From a virus: a stretch of DNA of 64,000 nucleotides. Below are positions 15,695 through 25,609 of this stretch, piece by piece. The translations under genes were made by a program, and so were the position numbers. Location: IMG/VR virus record IMGVR_UViG_3300023179_000042, positions 32,001 to 96,000 of that record; one strand, given 5' to 3'. Below the pieces are notes generated by a model, which was not told where the DNA came from, searched no databases, and saw only the letters and a program-made list of their open reading frames with translations. The number at the start of each line of letters is the position of its first letter. Within the stretch, counting starts at the first letter, position 1.

Positions 15695-16704
15695 ATATTT
15701 CTATAAATGTCAAGAAGTATATTTTTTTCAAATTGTTCTGATTCAATGTTAACTAATTGTTCACTTACAATTTGATCTACACTTTCAAATTTTTGATCAG
15801 GATTGTCTTCAACAATTCCTTCGAGATTGATTTTATCTTGTATAAGACTAATTTCTCTGATGTCAAAGCGACCAGTGAAGTCTTCTTTGATAAAATTGGC
15901 TTCTTCGAAGCTAATATCAATATCGAGATTAACTTTTAAGTGCATTTTACTTTTCATTACTTCAGCTTCTCGATCGATTAAGTCGGAAAGTTTTATTGTT
16001 CTGTATTTTGGACAGTTATCCCAATCGATAAATCTTGGCTTTCCGCCCCATTCCATTACCATCATTCCGCGCTGATCGTCCCAGGTATCGGCAAAATTAT
16101 GCGGAAAGGCATTGCCGATGTACCAAACACGCCCTTTATTTTGGCGCTTGTGAAAATGCCCGCTAAAGATATATTCTTGATTGGTAAAGTGATCTGCTTG
16201 AAGCTCGCCGTGGTCGGGCATTTGTACCATAGCATTCATCATGAACTGTGGTAGTTCAAAATGTCCAAACATGTACTTACTGTTTATCTTGCCAATTTCT
16301 TTCCATTCGTCACCTACCAACCACGGTACTAAAGCCACATCGTCTATGACGGTAACATCTTCGACTACAGTGACGCCTGGGATATGCCTACCAAAAATAC
16401 TAGAATGGATATCGCGCTTGTCCTTAAAAAACAAATCGTGATTACCAGGAAACCAGAAAAACTGGTTAAATGCAGCTCCGAGCTTTTCAAGGCACCTAAT
16501 GCTTGAATCAAGAGTTACAAGATTTAGGCTATTGCGATTGTGGCTCCAATCGCCTAAAAATATGCCTGTGTCACAATTTTCTTTTTGTGCCTGCTCAATA
16601 AACCAATCTACAAACTCTTCGCAGTCTTTCAAGTGTGTAGCTGAGTTTCCTTTGAGTCCAAAATGTATGTCAGTAAAACAAGCAACCTTTTTAAACAAGG
16701 CCAT
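15691..16704 (-). CDS. gp47: Recombination endonuclease nuclease subunit (gp47/SbcD/Mre11)
   Basis: DIHFG, LGD, GNHD, GHFE and SGHFH metallophosphoesterase motifs; start probably MALFKK at 16704 (AGGAG SD). Confidence 0.95.
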   Translation of the reverse strand: MALFKKVACFTDIHFGLKGNSATHLKDCEEFVDWFIEQAQKENCDTGIFLGDWSHNRNSLNLVTLDSSIRCLEKLGAAFNQFFWFPGNHDLFFKDKRDIHSSIFGRHIPGVTVVEDVTVIDDVALVPWLVGDEWKEIGKINSKYMFGHFELPQFMMNAMVQMPDHGELQADHFTNQEYIFSGHFHKRQNKGRVWYIGNAFPHNFADTWDDQRGMMVMEWGGKPRFIDWDNCPKYRTIKLSDLIDREAEVMKSKMHLKVNLDIDISFEEANFIKEDFTGRFDIREISLIQDKINLEGIVEDNPDQKFESVDQIVSEQLVNIESEQFEKNILLDIYRNI

Positions 16705-16749
16705 ATAATATTCTCCTGTCAAGAGTGTAACAGATTATATACTTGACAG

Positions 16750-17670
16750 TCAAGTTTCTTCGGCCTCTTCTTCGCCGGATTCGATTTCGTCAGGCGTATC
16801 TTCAGACTTAGGCATTCTAAAGTTTTTGTATAGTTCGGCTTGTCTAGCAGTCTCTTCTGCGTACTCTTGTTGATTTTGTCTAGTAAGACTTGGCGTTAAT
16901 CCATTCTGCTCTAGCAAGTCATCTCTAATATTTTGACTTTTCTTTTCGACATTTAGAATGCGAGTAAAGCTGTTTGTGACTGCCGCAGTATAATAGGCAA
17001 ATGGATTATCTGACTTTGATTCGTCAAACTGTAGACCAATTTGACTTAATTGTAGTATTGCCTGCCCCTTCATCTCGTCGATATAGGTATAACCACGCCA
17101 GTTACTACGCTGAGCATAACGCTCACTTAACTTGATAAACATCTTACCTAAGTTTTCAGTAATGCGACCGTGATCCTTGCTAAACTTACCAGTCTTAATT
17201 CCGCCCTGCCAATGACTTTTACCTACACAGACTAATTCATTGGTTTCATTAAACTTCCAATGTTGAAATGGGGGAAAATTAACTCTGTCATGTGCGTCAG
17301 AAGTACTTTTAACAGTTTTCTTTCTACCAGGAGCAGCCGGTATATGATCAAATGTCATTATACGAATGACAATATCAGTTTTAGCAATTGTTTTGTAATC
17401 TGGCGTAACATCGAGCAATTTTGTTTTTTTATCGCCCGTGGCTCTTGCTTGAGCAAAGGCTTCGAGCCCTATTCTCTTAGCACGATTACGCTTTGCCTCT
17501 GCTATTGTTCTTATGTTGATTTTATCTAGGTTAGGAAGAATAATATCGTATTGATGATATTCTGCTTTAACAAAGCTCGAAAATGAACATTTGCTACGAT
17601 GTATTTCTGTTAGCAGGTCTTTATTGTTTAGATATTTTACTTTTCTTGGTGCTGGAAGCAAGGTGGTCAT
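16750..17670 (-). CDS. gp55: Late-transcription sigma factor (T4 gp55-like)
   Basis: YLNNKDLL, NWRGYTYIDEM, FDESKSDNPFAYYT and EKKSQNIRD motifs; gp55-gp47-gp46 synteny as in T4-like phages. Confidence 0.85.
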   Translation of the reverse strand: MTTLLPAPRKVKYLNNKDLLTEIHRSKCSFSSFVKAEYHQYDIILPNLDKINIRTIAEAKRNRAKRIGLEAFAQARATGDKKTKLLDVTPDYKTIAKTDIVIRIMTFDHIPAAPGRKKTVKSTSDAHDRVNFPPFQHWKFNETNELVCVGKSHWQGGIKTGKFSKDHGRITENLGKMFIKLSERYAQRSNWRGYTYIDEMKGQAILQLSQIGLQFDESKSDNPFAYYTAAVTNSFTRILNVEKKSQNIRDDLLEQNGLTPSLTRQNQQEYAEETARQAELYKNFRMPKSEDTPDEIESGEEEAEET

Positions 17671-17698
17671 ATTATTGTGGTTATTCCTTTTTGTTGTT

Positions 17699-17726
17699 AT
17701 TTTACAACAAATGTAGCGTTTGTCAA
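17699..17726 (-). promoter_or_regulatory. Sigma70-type promoter for gp55
   Basis: TTGACA (17726-17721), N16, TAAAAT (17704-17699). Confidence 0.6.
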
Positions 17727-17749
17727 CCGAAGATATTAAACTAGTAGTT

Positions 17750-17766
17750 TATTTATTGGTTAAATA
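17750..17766. promoter_or_regulatory. Back-to-back late promoters TAAATA (- 17750-17755; + 17761-17766)
   Basis: Located at the strand switch between gp55 and the baseplate block. Confidence 0.6.
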
Positions 17767-17784
17767 CGGATATAGGATATTAAA

Positions 17785-18903
17785 ATGGCCGATGACGCAC
17801 TACTAGAAAGTTTACAACAACAGAAAGACGACCTCACGCAACAGGCGCAAACTCAGATTGGAAATTATTTAGATGCCAAGAGTAACCTCTCGTCAATTTT
17901 AAATAGTAACGGCTCTGAGGAAGAAATTGCCAGTGCTGATCAGGCAGTAGCTGATGCTAAAGCCTTGGTTGATGAAACTAAAGATCAGATCAAACAAGTA
18001 GATCAACAAATTGCCACGACTACAGATCCTCCTGTAACAAATTTATCAGAATCTGAAGTTGAAGCAGCCTTACGGCAGCAAACCAGCGAAGTAGTTGGTG
18101 ATAATCAATTGCCATCACTGGGATCATTAGCCAACGGCGCTATAAATGCCGTAAAATCGGCTGTAGGCGGTGCACTTGGAGGTGCTGCTGGATTGTTTGG
18201 CAAAGTGTTGTTTGGTGCCATTAAACCAAATGTCAATCCAGGTGCTGTAAATTTTTACAATGTAAACGGCGATTTAATTCAAAAAGATACCAGGGTTAAA
18301 ATACAAGTACCAGATCAATACTGGTCAGATATAACTGCTGGTCCTTTTGATGAACTGGTGCTTAATAAAGGTATTATATTCCCCTACACTCCGGCTATAA
18401 GCTATGAAAACAAGGCTGAGTATACACCGGTAAACCCTGTACACAGTAATTTTACACAATATTTTTATAAAAACAGTTCAGTAAGTCCTATAAGAATTTC
18501 AGGAAAGTTTACCGTTCAAAACGATCGAGATGCTGCAGTATACCTGTCAACTGTTCATCTATTAAAAGCTCTTACTAAAATGCGTTCTGGAGGATTAAAG
18601 GTAGACGCTTTAAGCGGAAGTCCACCGCCGGTCTGTAGATTGTTTGCCTATGGCCTGTTAATGATAGAAAATGTTCCAATAGTAATTAATTCATTTCAGC
18701 TTGAGTTGCCAGACAATGTTGATTATTATACATTAGGAAAGTCGTCAGGATCTGCTTATTCAATTTACGAAACTAACGCTGTACCTATTATTTCGACAAT
18801 TACCTTAAATTGCTATCCAATTTATAGTAGGAACGAAATGCAAAAATTTAATGTTAAAGATTTTGTAGGCAGCACAAATTCACGCAAGTCAGGATATCTA
18901 TAA
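17785..18903 (+). CDS. Baseplate/tail-tube initiator-like protein (gp48/gp54-like)
   Basis: IFPYTP, PVHSN, SGKFTVQN, GSPPPVCRL and NVPIVINSF...LP motifs; precedes the gp53-like gene; N-terminal coiled-coil extension. Confidence 0.6.
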   Translation: MADDALLESLQQQKDDLTQQAQTQIGNYLDAKSNLSSILNSNGSEEEIASADQAVADAKALVDETKDQIKQVDQQIATTTDPPVTNLSESEVEAALRQQTSEVVGDNQLPSLGSLANGAINAVKSAVGGALGGAAGLFGKVLFGAIKPNVNPGAVNFYNVNGDLIQKDTRVKIQVPDQYWSDITAGPFDELVLNKGIIFPYTPAISYENKAEYTPVNPVHSNFTQYFYKNSSVSPIRISGKFTVQNDRDAAVYLSTVHLLKALTKMRSGGLKVDALSGSPPPVCRLFAYGLLMIENVPIVINSFQLELPDNVDYYTLGKSSGSAYSIYETNAVPIISTITLNCYPIYSRNEMQKFNVKDFVGSTNSRKSGYL

Positions 18904-18904
18904 A

Positions 18905-19204
18905 ATGTCAGCGTATTCAAAAAATAGTCCTTATTTTACTACAGACCAATCTAAAGGGTATCTAGATGTAATCACCTTTAGGGATTTTCCTGGTGAGGAT
19001 GATGATATACTGTTTACATTAACTAAAAATTATGAATACAGGCCCGACCTCTTGGCCTACGACTTATATGGTGATGTAGGGTTGTGGTGGGTATTTTCTG
19101 TAAGGAACAAGGGGTTTATAAAAGATCCGATCTTTGATATGAAAAATGGTATTCAACTATATTTGCCTAAGCTAACAACAATAAAATCTGCCTTAGGAAT
19201 TTAA
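18905..19204 (+). CDS. gp53: Baseplate wedge subunit with LysM-like fold (gp53-like)
   Basis: YEYRPDLLAYDLYGDVGLWWVFSVRN motif. Confidence 0.85.
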   Translation: MSAYSKNSPYFTTDQSKGYLDVITFRDFPGEDDDILFTLTKNYEYRPDLLAYDLYGDVGLWWVFSVRNKGFIKDPIFDMKNGIQLYLPKLTTIKSALGI

Positions 19205-19205
19205 A

Positions 19206-22200
19206 ATGCCTAATCTAACTCCGCAACAGATCGAACGAATAAGTGCAGCAACAGCCAATGTAACAACTGGTTCAACTGTGGCCAATTATGCTCAAAAGCC
19301 TGTTGTTTTAGGTAGCAATCAATCTAATGTGTTAAATGGATATCGATCGTATACCTATGTTTTTACTATGGCGGCTCTAAAGCCAAAGTATCTACAGGAT
19401 CCAAATCTTCTAAGAGAAAGCGAGCTTGAGCTGGTAATATTAAGAAGTGGTGGCAAGGGCACAGCAGGAATTTCTACCTCCGATAATCAACAAGGCATAT
19501 CTGATGCTCAGAAAAATTACGATGCTGAAGCAACAAATCAATCTGCTACAACAGAATCTATTGCCAGGGCAAAAACAAAATTAGATAACGCAAAAAAGAT
19601 TTTTAATCAGGCCTCTAGCGTTATTCCGGGATTCAATAAGTCAAGCCCTGGACGATTTGATATGTTTATTTCAAATGTTGAAATTGACTCCATTTTTGGT
19701 TTTACAGAGCAGTCTTCAGTTTCTTTGCCTAATAACTTTAGATTTGAAGTAACAGAGCCATACAGTATCAATGGTTTTTTAGAAGCACTACATACTGCAG
19801 CTATTGCCGCCGGCTATCCGAGCTATACTCAAGCGGTGTTTCTGTTAAAGGTTGAATTTATCGGGTATCCTGACAATAAGGATATTTCAGAGCCTGAATA
19901 TATTCCTAATACAGAAAGATATTTTCCTTTTAGATTTTCTGGCGTAGATGTTGAAATTACAGAAAAAGGCACAGTGTATAGATGTACCGGCACACCCTTT
20001 AACGAGAGAGCTGCTTTTGGACATTCGGGCAAATTAAAAAAACCTGTTAATATGGTAGGATCGACTGTAGGTGAAATACTCAAAGACCTTATGGTTAAGT
20101 TAACAGAACAACAAAAGGTAGCAGATCAAGAGTCAAAAGAAAATACAGCTAGCTCGAATAGACACGATACTTTTGAAATTAAATTTCCTATCTGGGGTCC
20201 AAATGGTTGGGATTTTTCTCAGGAAAACGAAATAGCTAAAACTAATCTTATAGATCAATTAAAAGACCCGGCAATTTATAAATTTGATAATCCTGCTAGT
20301 ACCAATAAACCGACAGCGTATCAACCAAGAGGACAAAAAAATCCAACACCACAGCAACAGGCAAAAAATCCAGAATCTTCAAAATATACTCCAGGATCAG
20401 GGACTAGTAAACCTCAAATACAATTTAATGAAAATGCTACAGTTGTTAACATTATAGCTGCCATTATAAGAGACAGTAATTATACAAAAGATCTGCTTGA
20501 ACATCTAGAACAAAAAGTTGATCAGTACGGCTATGTTGATTATTTTTTAGTTACGGCGCAGGCTACCTATAGCGATGTTTTTGATACTGTTACTAGACGA
20601 AATTATCAAAATATAACTTATATAGTTACACCATATAAAGTACATTATAAAAGAATTCCTGGGTACGGTGCTATTCCAATATCAGAAGCAAAACTAAAAT
20701 TGTTAGCTCTTAGAGAATATAATTATGTATACACAGGAAAAAATACCGATGTATTAAATTTCAAATTAAATTTTAATAATTTATTTTTTGAAGCTGTGCC
20801 GTTGGCACAAGGTAACACTGATCAACCTAATAAAAAATACGGCATCGGACCTGCCGGAACACTGGATGTAAAAGTGTCAGGAGATAACAAACAGGCTATT
20901 GTTAACAGTGAATTAGGCACTCCACCGGTGTATGTTGAAACGGATGCGTCAGCAGTACAACCTGATGGCGGCATGGGCAATAGAAGACAAGACGATCCGT
21001 ATGCTGCTCTGGCACGATCTATGCACAAGGCAATTGTTGATTCTAATTCCAGTATGCTAACCGGCGATATAGAAATTATAGGTGATCCCCTTTATTTGGT
21101 AACTGGTGGTATAGGAAATTATAATCCTGCTCCTGGAGCTAATTTTAGTCTAACTAAAAATGGAGAGGCAAATCATACCTATAGAGAAATTGTAATAGCA
21201 ATTAACTTTAGAAATCCGGTTGATGTTGGCGCAGACGGTTTTATTGAATTTGATCCAAACAGAGTGGCCTGGAGCGGCGTGTATAGGGTAACACAGGTCA
21301 AGCACACCTTTAATGATGGTATTTTTAAACAAAGTCTTAAGTTAATTAGGATTCCAGGTCAGGTTCTTGGGGAAGAAAAAACAGCAGAATCTATTGCTGC
21401 CAAATATAAACTTAAACCAAAAATTTCAGACATAGAAACTCCACAAACAACTGTAGGTGTTGATGCTGGAAGACCTACTGCGGTGAATTTATTTTCACAA
21501 TTACAAAGAGGATTACCTAGTTTAGGGTTGCCAGGGGCATTAAGTAATTTTACAGGAGCAGTAGGCGGCCTTGGAGGAACAGTGTCAGGTCTACTTAATC
21601 AGGTAAGCGGCGCTGTTACAAGTGGCATAGGTAAATTAACATCAGCCGCCGGTGCTTTTGGCGGCGCGATTCCTGGTGGAGTTGATCAGTTAGCATCGGG
21701 TATACGACTACAGGCATCGGGTCTTGTTAATTTTGCCCAGCAAAATTTAGGAATTGCTGCTGTTGTGAATCAGGTAGCTAATACTGTTGAAACAAATTTT
21801 CCTGTTACACAGGCCGCTGCTCAATTAGCAAGCGGCATTGTTTCAAAAGCTAGTTCAATTGTGAATAGTGTTGCTGTTCCTGGGTCGGGAATTGGCGCAG
21901 GAGCATCTGTATTAATCGACGCCGCTGCATCTGTTGTGCCTAGTACTAACGGAACAATTACTGCTCAGGATATAAAACTATCTCCTGCCCAGTTACCTAC
22001 TAGCATTTCGGCATTAGGCACAGCCGCTCAAGATCTTGCCGGAACTCAAATAGCAAATGTTGCAGCACTTGGATCTCAAGCAGCTTCTCTTGCCGGTGGT
22101 ATCGGCTCAAAACTTTCTGGATTGATAAGCGGAAGTAGTACGGATCCTACAGGGTTGGCCAGCGGACTAGGTATTAATGTATCGTCACTTTCGGGATTAA

Positions 22201-22790
22201 GTGCCGGACTTCAAAGTAAGGTGCTAGGCGAGGTTGGTAATATTGCTAAAAGTATTCCAACCAATGTTGACCTAGGACAGGCAGTATCACAGGGACTAGT
22301 ACTAGATTTTATTAGCAAAGATAAATTTGCTAATATTCCTGCTACCGCACCTTTTATTAAAGCTCCTAATGCTGAAATTAGTGTAACAGATTTAAAAACA
22401 ATTGCCTCAGCAGGTCCGGCCGCATTGGCAAGATCATTTGGAGTATCTGATATAAGTAAAGTTTCGTCGAGCCTGTTGCCCGATGATTCGGGATCTCTAT
22501 TGTCTGCTGGTCTGTCTTCACTGAATGCTGGATTAAAAAATCCTTTTACTGGATTGTCTACAAATTTAAATTCAACAGATGTATCTGCTTTTAAAGATAA
22601 ATTAGGATCGGCAGCAAGTCAGTTGTCAGGATTAACCGGTAAAGCAGGCTCAGTTGAAGGTAATTTAAGTTCACTATACTCATTAGCAGGCGGCAGCAGT
22701 GATCAACTTAATTTAGCAAAAAGTGTTACATCTAATTTTGGAAGTTTATCAAGTGATAGTAGTCCTTTAAAAAAGTTATTTGGTGGATAA
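19206..22790 (+). CDS. Baseplate hub protein (gp27/gpD-like) with a long Gly/Ser/Ala-rich C-terminal extension
   Basis: Lies between gp53 and gp5; IEIIGDP and SGVYRVTQVKHTFNDGIFKQSLKL hub motifs. Confidence 0.7.
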   Translation: MPNLTPQQIERISAATANVTTGSTVANYAQKPVVLGSNQSNVLNGYRSYTYVFTMAALKPKYLQDPNLLRESELELVILRSGGKGTAGISTSDNQQGISDAQKNYDAEATNQSATTESIARAKTKLDNAKKIFNQASSVIPGFNKSSPGRFDMFISNVEIDSIFGFTEQSSVSLPNNFRFEVTEPYSINGFLEALHTAAIAAGYPSYTQAVFLLKVEFIGYPDNKDISEPEYIPNTERYFPFRFSGVDVEITEKGTVYRCTGTPFNERAAFGHSGKLKKPVNMVGSTVGEILKDLMVKLTEQQKVADQESKENTASSNRHDTFEIKFPIWGPNGWDFSQENEIAKTNLIDQLKDPAIYKFDNPASTNKPTAYQPRGQKNPTPQQQAKNPESSKYTPGSGTSKPQIQFNENATVVNIIAAIIRDSNYTKDLLEHLEQKVDQYGYVDYFLVTAQATYSDVFDTVTRRNYQNITYIVTPYKVHYKRIPGYGAIPISEAKLKLLALREYNYVYTGKNTDVLNFKLNFNNLFFEAVPLAQGNTDQPNKKYGIGPAGTLDVKVSGDNKQAIVNSELGTPPVYVETDASAVQPDGGMGNRRQDDPYAALARSMHKAIVDSNSSMLTGDIEIIGDPLYLVTGGIGNYNPAPGANFSLTKNGEANHTYREIVIAINFRNPVDVGADGFIEFDPNRVAWSGVYRVTQVKHTFNDGIFKQSLKLIRIPGQVLGEEKTAESIAAKYKLKPKISDIETPQTTVGVDAGRPTAVNLFSQLQRGLPSLGLPGALSNFTGAVGGLGGTVSGLLNQVSGAVTSGIGKLTSAAGAFGGAIPGGVDQLASGIRLQASGLVNFAQQNLGIAAVVNQVANTVETNFPVTQAAAQLASGIVSKASSIVNSVAVPGSGIGAGASVLIDAAASVVPSTNGTITAQDIKLSPAQLPTSISALGTAAQDLAGTQIANVAALGSQAASLAGGIGSKLSGLISGSSTDPTGLASGLGINVSSLSGLSAGLQSKVLGEVGNIAKSIPTNVDLGQAVSQGLVLDFISKDKFANIPATAPFIKAPNAEISVTDLKTIASAGPAALARSFGVSDISKVSSSLLPDDSGSLLSAGLSSLNAGLKNPFTGLSTNLNSTDVSAFKDKLGSAASQLSGLTGKAGSVEGNLSSLYSLAGGSSDQLNLAKSVTSNFGSLSSDSSPLKKLFGG

Positions 22791-22796
22791 TGTAAT

Positions 22797-25115
22797 ATGT
22801 CTGGTTTTGAAAGAAGAAGAAAAGGTAAACTTGGGTCTCCTGGGCCCTTTTTAGCCGAGGTGACTAACCACTTAGATCCAACTTATATGGGCGGTCTAGA
22901 AGTTTCTTTAATTAAAGGCCTGCCTAACAAGGTAACACTTCAGGCAGATACCTACATTGTTCAATACCTTTCTCCTTTTTATGGAGCAACGTCTGCTAGA
23001 TTTGAAGGTACGAATGCTAGCGATTTTAACGATGTACAAAAAAGCTACGGTTTTTGGATGGTTCCACCTGATGTCGGAACTACAGTCATGGTAATCTTTA
23101 TCGACGGAGATCCTAACCAAGGATATTGGATAGGCTGCGTTGCTGATGTATTTCAGAATCATATGGTTCCTGGCATACCTGCTACAAATAGTTTAAGTAT
23201 GACCCAGGAGCAAAAACAAAAATATGGGAGCGAGTTTTTACCATCAGCTGAATTTTTAAAAGGTGTTGCTAGAGATATAATTGTAAGTGACAAAATTACT
23301 AAACCAGTTCACCCATTTGCTGATAGGTTATTGGCTCAAGGTTTAATACTGGATACGGTTCGAGGAGTAACTTCAAGTGGTGCTCGCAGAGAAGTTCCTA
23401 GTCAAGTATTCGGAATTAGCACACCGGGCCCGCTTGATACAAGTCCGAATGCTAAAAAAGGTAACATCGGTTATGGTGGCGATAAGTCGCAACAGTTTCC
23501 TGTTAGCAGACTGGGCGGCAGCACTTTTGTTATGGATGACGGAGATATTAATGGTCAAAACGAATTAGTGCGAATAAGGACTAGAACAGGGCATCAAATA
23601 CTTTTTCATAATAGTCAAGATCTAATATACATCGCTAACAGCAAAGGAACCGCTTGGATTGAATTAACTAGTAATGGCAAAATAGATATCTATGCTAAAG
23701 ATAGTGTTAGCATTCATACAGAAAATGATTTTAACTTTAGAGCAGATAGAGATATTAATATGGAAGCCGGCCGAAATATTAATATAAGAACTATAAAAGG
23801 TAATATGGAAACAAATATTACCGGCTACTATAATTTAATTATTGATGATTATGCTAAGATTGCTATTAAAAATAATAAAGATGAGACCATAGGGCAATCA
23901 TTAAAAATTAATGTTGGGCAAGATGCTAACCTACATGTTTCGTCAGATATTAAATTAACTACGGATGGAAATTTTAATGTATCAAGTGCTAAATCTAACA
24001 ATCTAACTGCCGGTGGAACTACAAATATTAAATCTGGCGGCGATCATATCGAAACAGCTTCTAATATACACATGAATGGCCCGGCCGCTGGCACGGCAAC
24101 AAAAGCCTCTGATGCTCAAGTTGCTCCTCTTTTACCTATATATTCATTGCCCAATAGATCGCCAACAGCAGGATGGATAAATGGCAACTTTTATAAAACA
24201 GATGATATCAAAAGCATCATGCAAAGAGTACCAACGCATGAACCATGGGAACAACATGAAAATGTTAACCCGCCGAGGTTTTCACCAGAAGCCACGGACG
24301 CCTCTCTTCAAAGCCGGGCCGAGTCTAGTATACCTCCTAATCCTAATTCCGGAATACAACAACCGGCTAATTCTGCCGAAGTGATTCCGGGAACATGTGA
24401 TCCAAAATATGCCAAGGATATTAACAATCCAGCAAGCCAATCTGGTATAAGTGCTTTAAAAGATGCCTGTGCTTCGTTAGGAATTACTTCTCCTATAGCC
24501 ATAGCTAGTATTTTAGGTATTGCTGGTGGAGAAAGTCGCTGGCGTGTAGTAACTGAAAACTTTAATTATAAACCGGATAGGTTATTACAGGTTTTTCCTA
24601 GTGTGTTTAAAGGTGATACTGCGCTAGCTCAAAAATATGCCGGTAACCCAAATAACAGCTTGCCAGAATTTTTATATGGATATCAGACAAGTAAAGGCCA
24701 AGGCCTTGGTAATACTCAACCTGGTGACGGAGCAAAGTATGTCGGTCGAGGTTTTATTCAATTAACTGGTCGTGGCAATTACACCAGATATAGTAAATTA
24801 CTCTATGATAAAGGTGTAATAGATACTGCTAGCTATCTAGTTGATTATCCTGATAAACTTAACGATCTAAGAATAGCTGCTTTGGCCAGTGTAATATATT
24901 TTATTGATCGGGTAAAAGTATCACAAACCGATCCTGGATATTTTGAGGCAGCTTGTCGTGCCGTAGGTTATAATACCCCCGATATCCATGCTACTAAAAA
25001 AGGATTTTATGAATGCTTTTTGGGCCAGTTAACAGGTGGTATTGTAAGTTCCGGGTCGGGCGGTATCGTAACAACCAGTGATGGTAAACCTGTAAAAACT
25101 GGGTCAGGTGGGTAA
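22797..25115 (+). CDS. gp5: Central spike (gp5/VgrG-like) with a C-terminal GH19 lysozyme/chitinase-class domain
   Basis: OB-fold motif GFWMVPPDVGTTVMVIF, RTRTGHQI, beta-helix repeats, then ENFNY...GDGAKYVGRGFIQLTGRGNY. Confidence 0.85.
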   Translation: MSGFERRRKGKLGSPGPFLAEVTNHLDPTYMGGLEVSLIKGLPNKVTLQADTYIVQYLSPFYGATSARFEGTNASDFNDVQKSYGFWMVPPDVGTTVMVIFIDGDPNQGYWIGCVADVFQNHMVPGIPATNSLSMTQEQKQKYGSEFLPSAEFLKGVARDIIVSDKITKPVHPFADRLLAQGLILDTVRGVTSSGARREVPSQVFGISTPGPLDTSPNAKKGNIGYGGDKSQQFPVSRLGGSTFVMDDGDINGQNELVRIRTRTGHQILFHNSQDLIYIANSKGTAWIELTSNGKIDIYAKDSVSIHTENDFNFRADRDINMEAGRNINIRTIKGNMETNITGYYNLIIDDYAKIAIKNNKDETIGQSLKINVGQDANLHVSSDIKLTTDGNFNVSSAKSNNLTAGGTTNIKSGGDHIETASNIHMNGPAAGTATKASDAQVAPLLPIYSLPNRSPTAGWINGNFYKTDDIKSIMQRVPTHEPWEQHENVNPPRFSPEATDASLQSRAESSIPPNPNSGIQQPANSAEVIPGTCDPKYAKDINNPASQSGISALKDACASLGITSPIAIASILGIAGGESRWRVVTENFNYKPDRLLQVFPSVFKGDTALAQKYAGNPNNSLPEFLYGYQTSKGQGLGNTQPGDGAKYVGRGFIQLTGRGNYTRYSKLLYDKGVIDTASYLVDYPDKLNDLRIAALASVIYFIDRVKVSQTDPGYFEAACRAVGYNTPDIHATKKGFYECFLGQLTGGIVSSGSGGIVTTSDGKPVKTGSGG

Positions 25116-25127
25116 AATAAATACATT

Positions 25128-25562
25128 ATGCCATACAAGAATATTGAAATAGGAAACCCAAGTACCGTTCTACAACGAGCCCTTCAAACTTCTCAGTTTT
25201 ATAAAGGGTTTAGTTCGGCTCCAGATGTCCCAGGGTCAAAATTGTTTGATTTTGATCTGATCAAACAAGATTTGTTTAATCACTTCAATACACGCAAAGG
25301 CGAGAGAGTAATGAATCCAGCCTTTGGCACAATTATTTGGGATCTCCTTATGGAACCGATGACTGACGATGTAAGGAACGCCCTAAGAGATGATATTAGT
25401 AGAATTTGTAATAGTGACCCTAGAATCACTCCAATACAGATTAATATGATAGAACGAGAAAATGGTTATCTTCTTGAGTTAACTTTATTGTTGAATGGAA
25501 CAGATCAGTCTACACAACTTGTTTTAGCGTTTGATCAAAAAATTGGCCTTAGTATGCAATAA
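25128..25562 (+). CDS. gp25: Baseplate wedge subunit (gp25-like)
   Basis: FNTRKGERVMNPAFGTIIWDLLMEP...DPRI motif; TAAATA 4 nt before the ATG. Confidence 0.9.
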   Translation: MPYKNIEIGNPSTVLQRALQTSQFYKGFSSAPDVPGSKLFDFDLIKQDLFNHFNTRKGERVMNPAFGTIIWDLLMEPMTDDVRNALRDDISRICNSDPRITPIQINMIERENGYLLELTLLLNGTDQSTQLVLAFDQKIGLSMQ

Positions 25563-25609
25563 AATACCTACATTATTTTTCAAATAAATATTGAAACCGA
25601 TAAACAATT

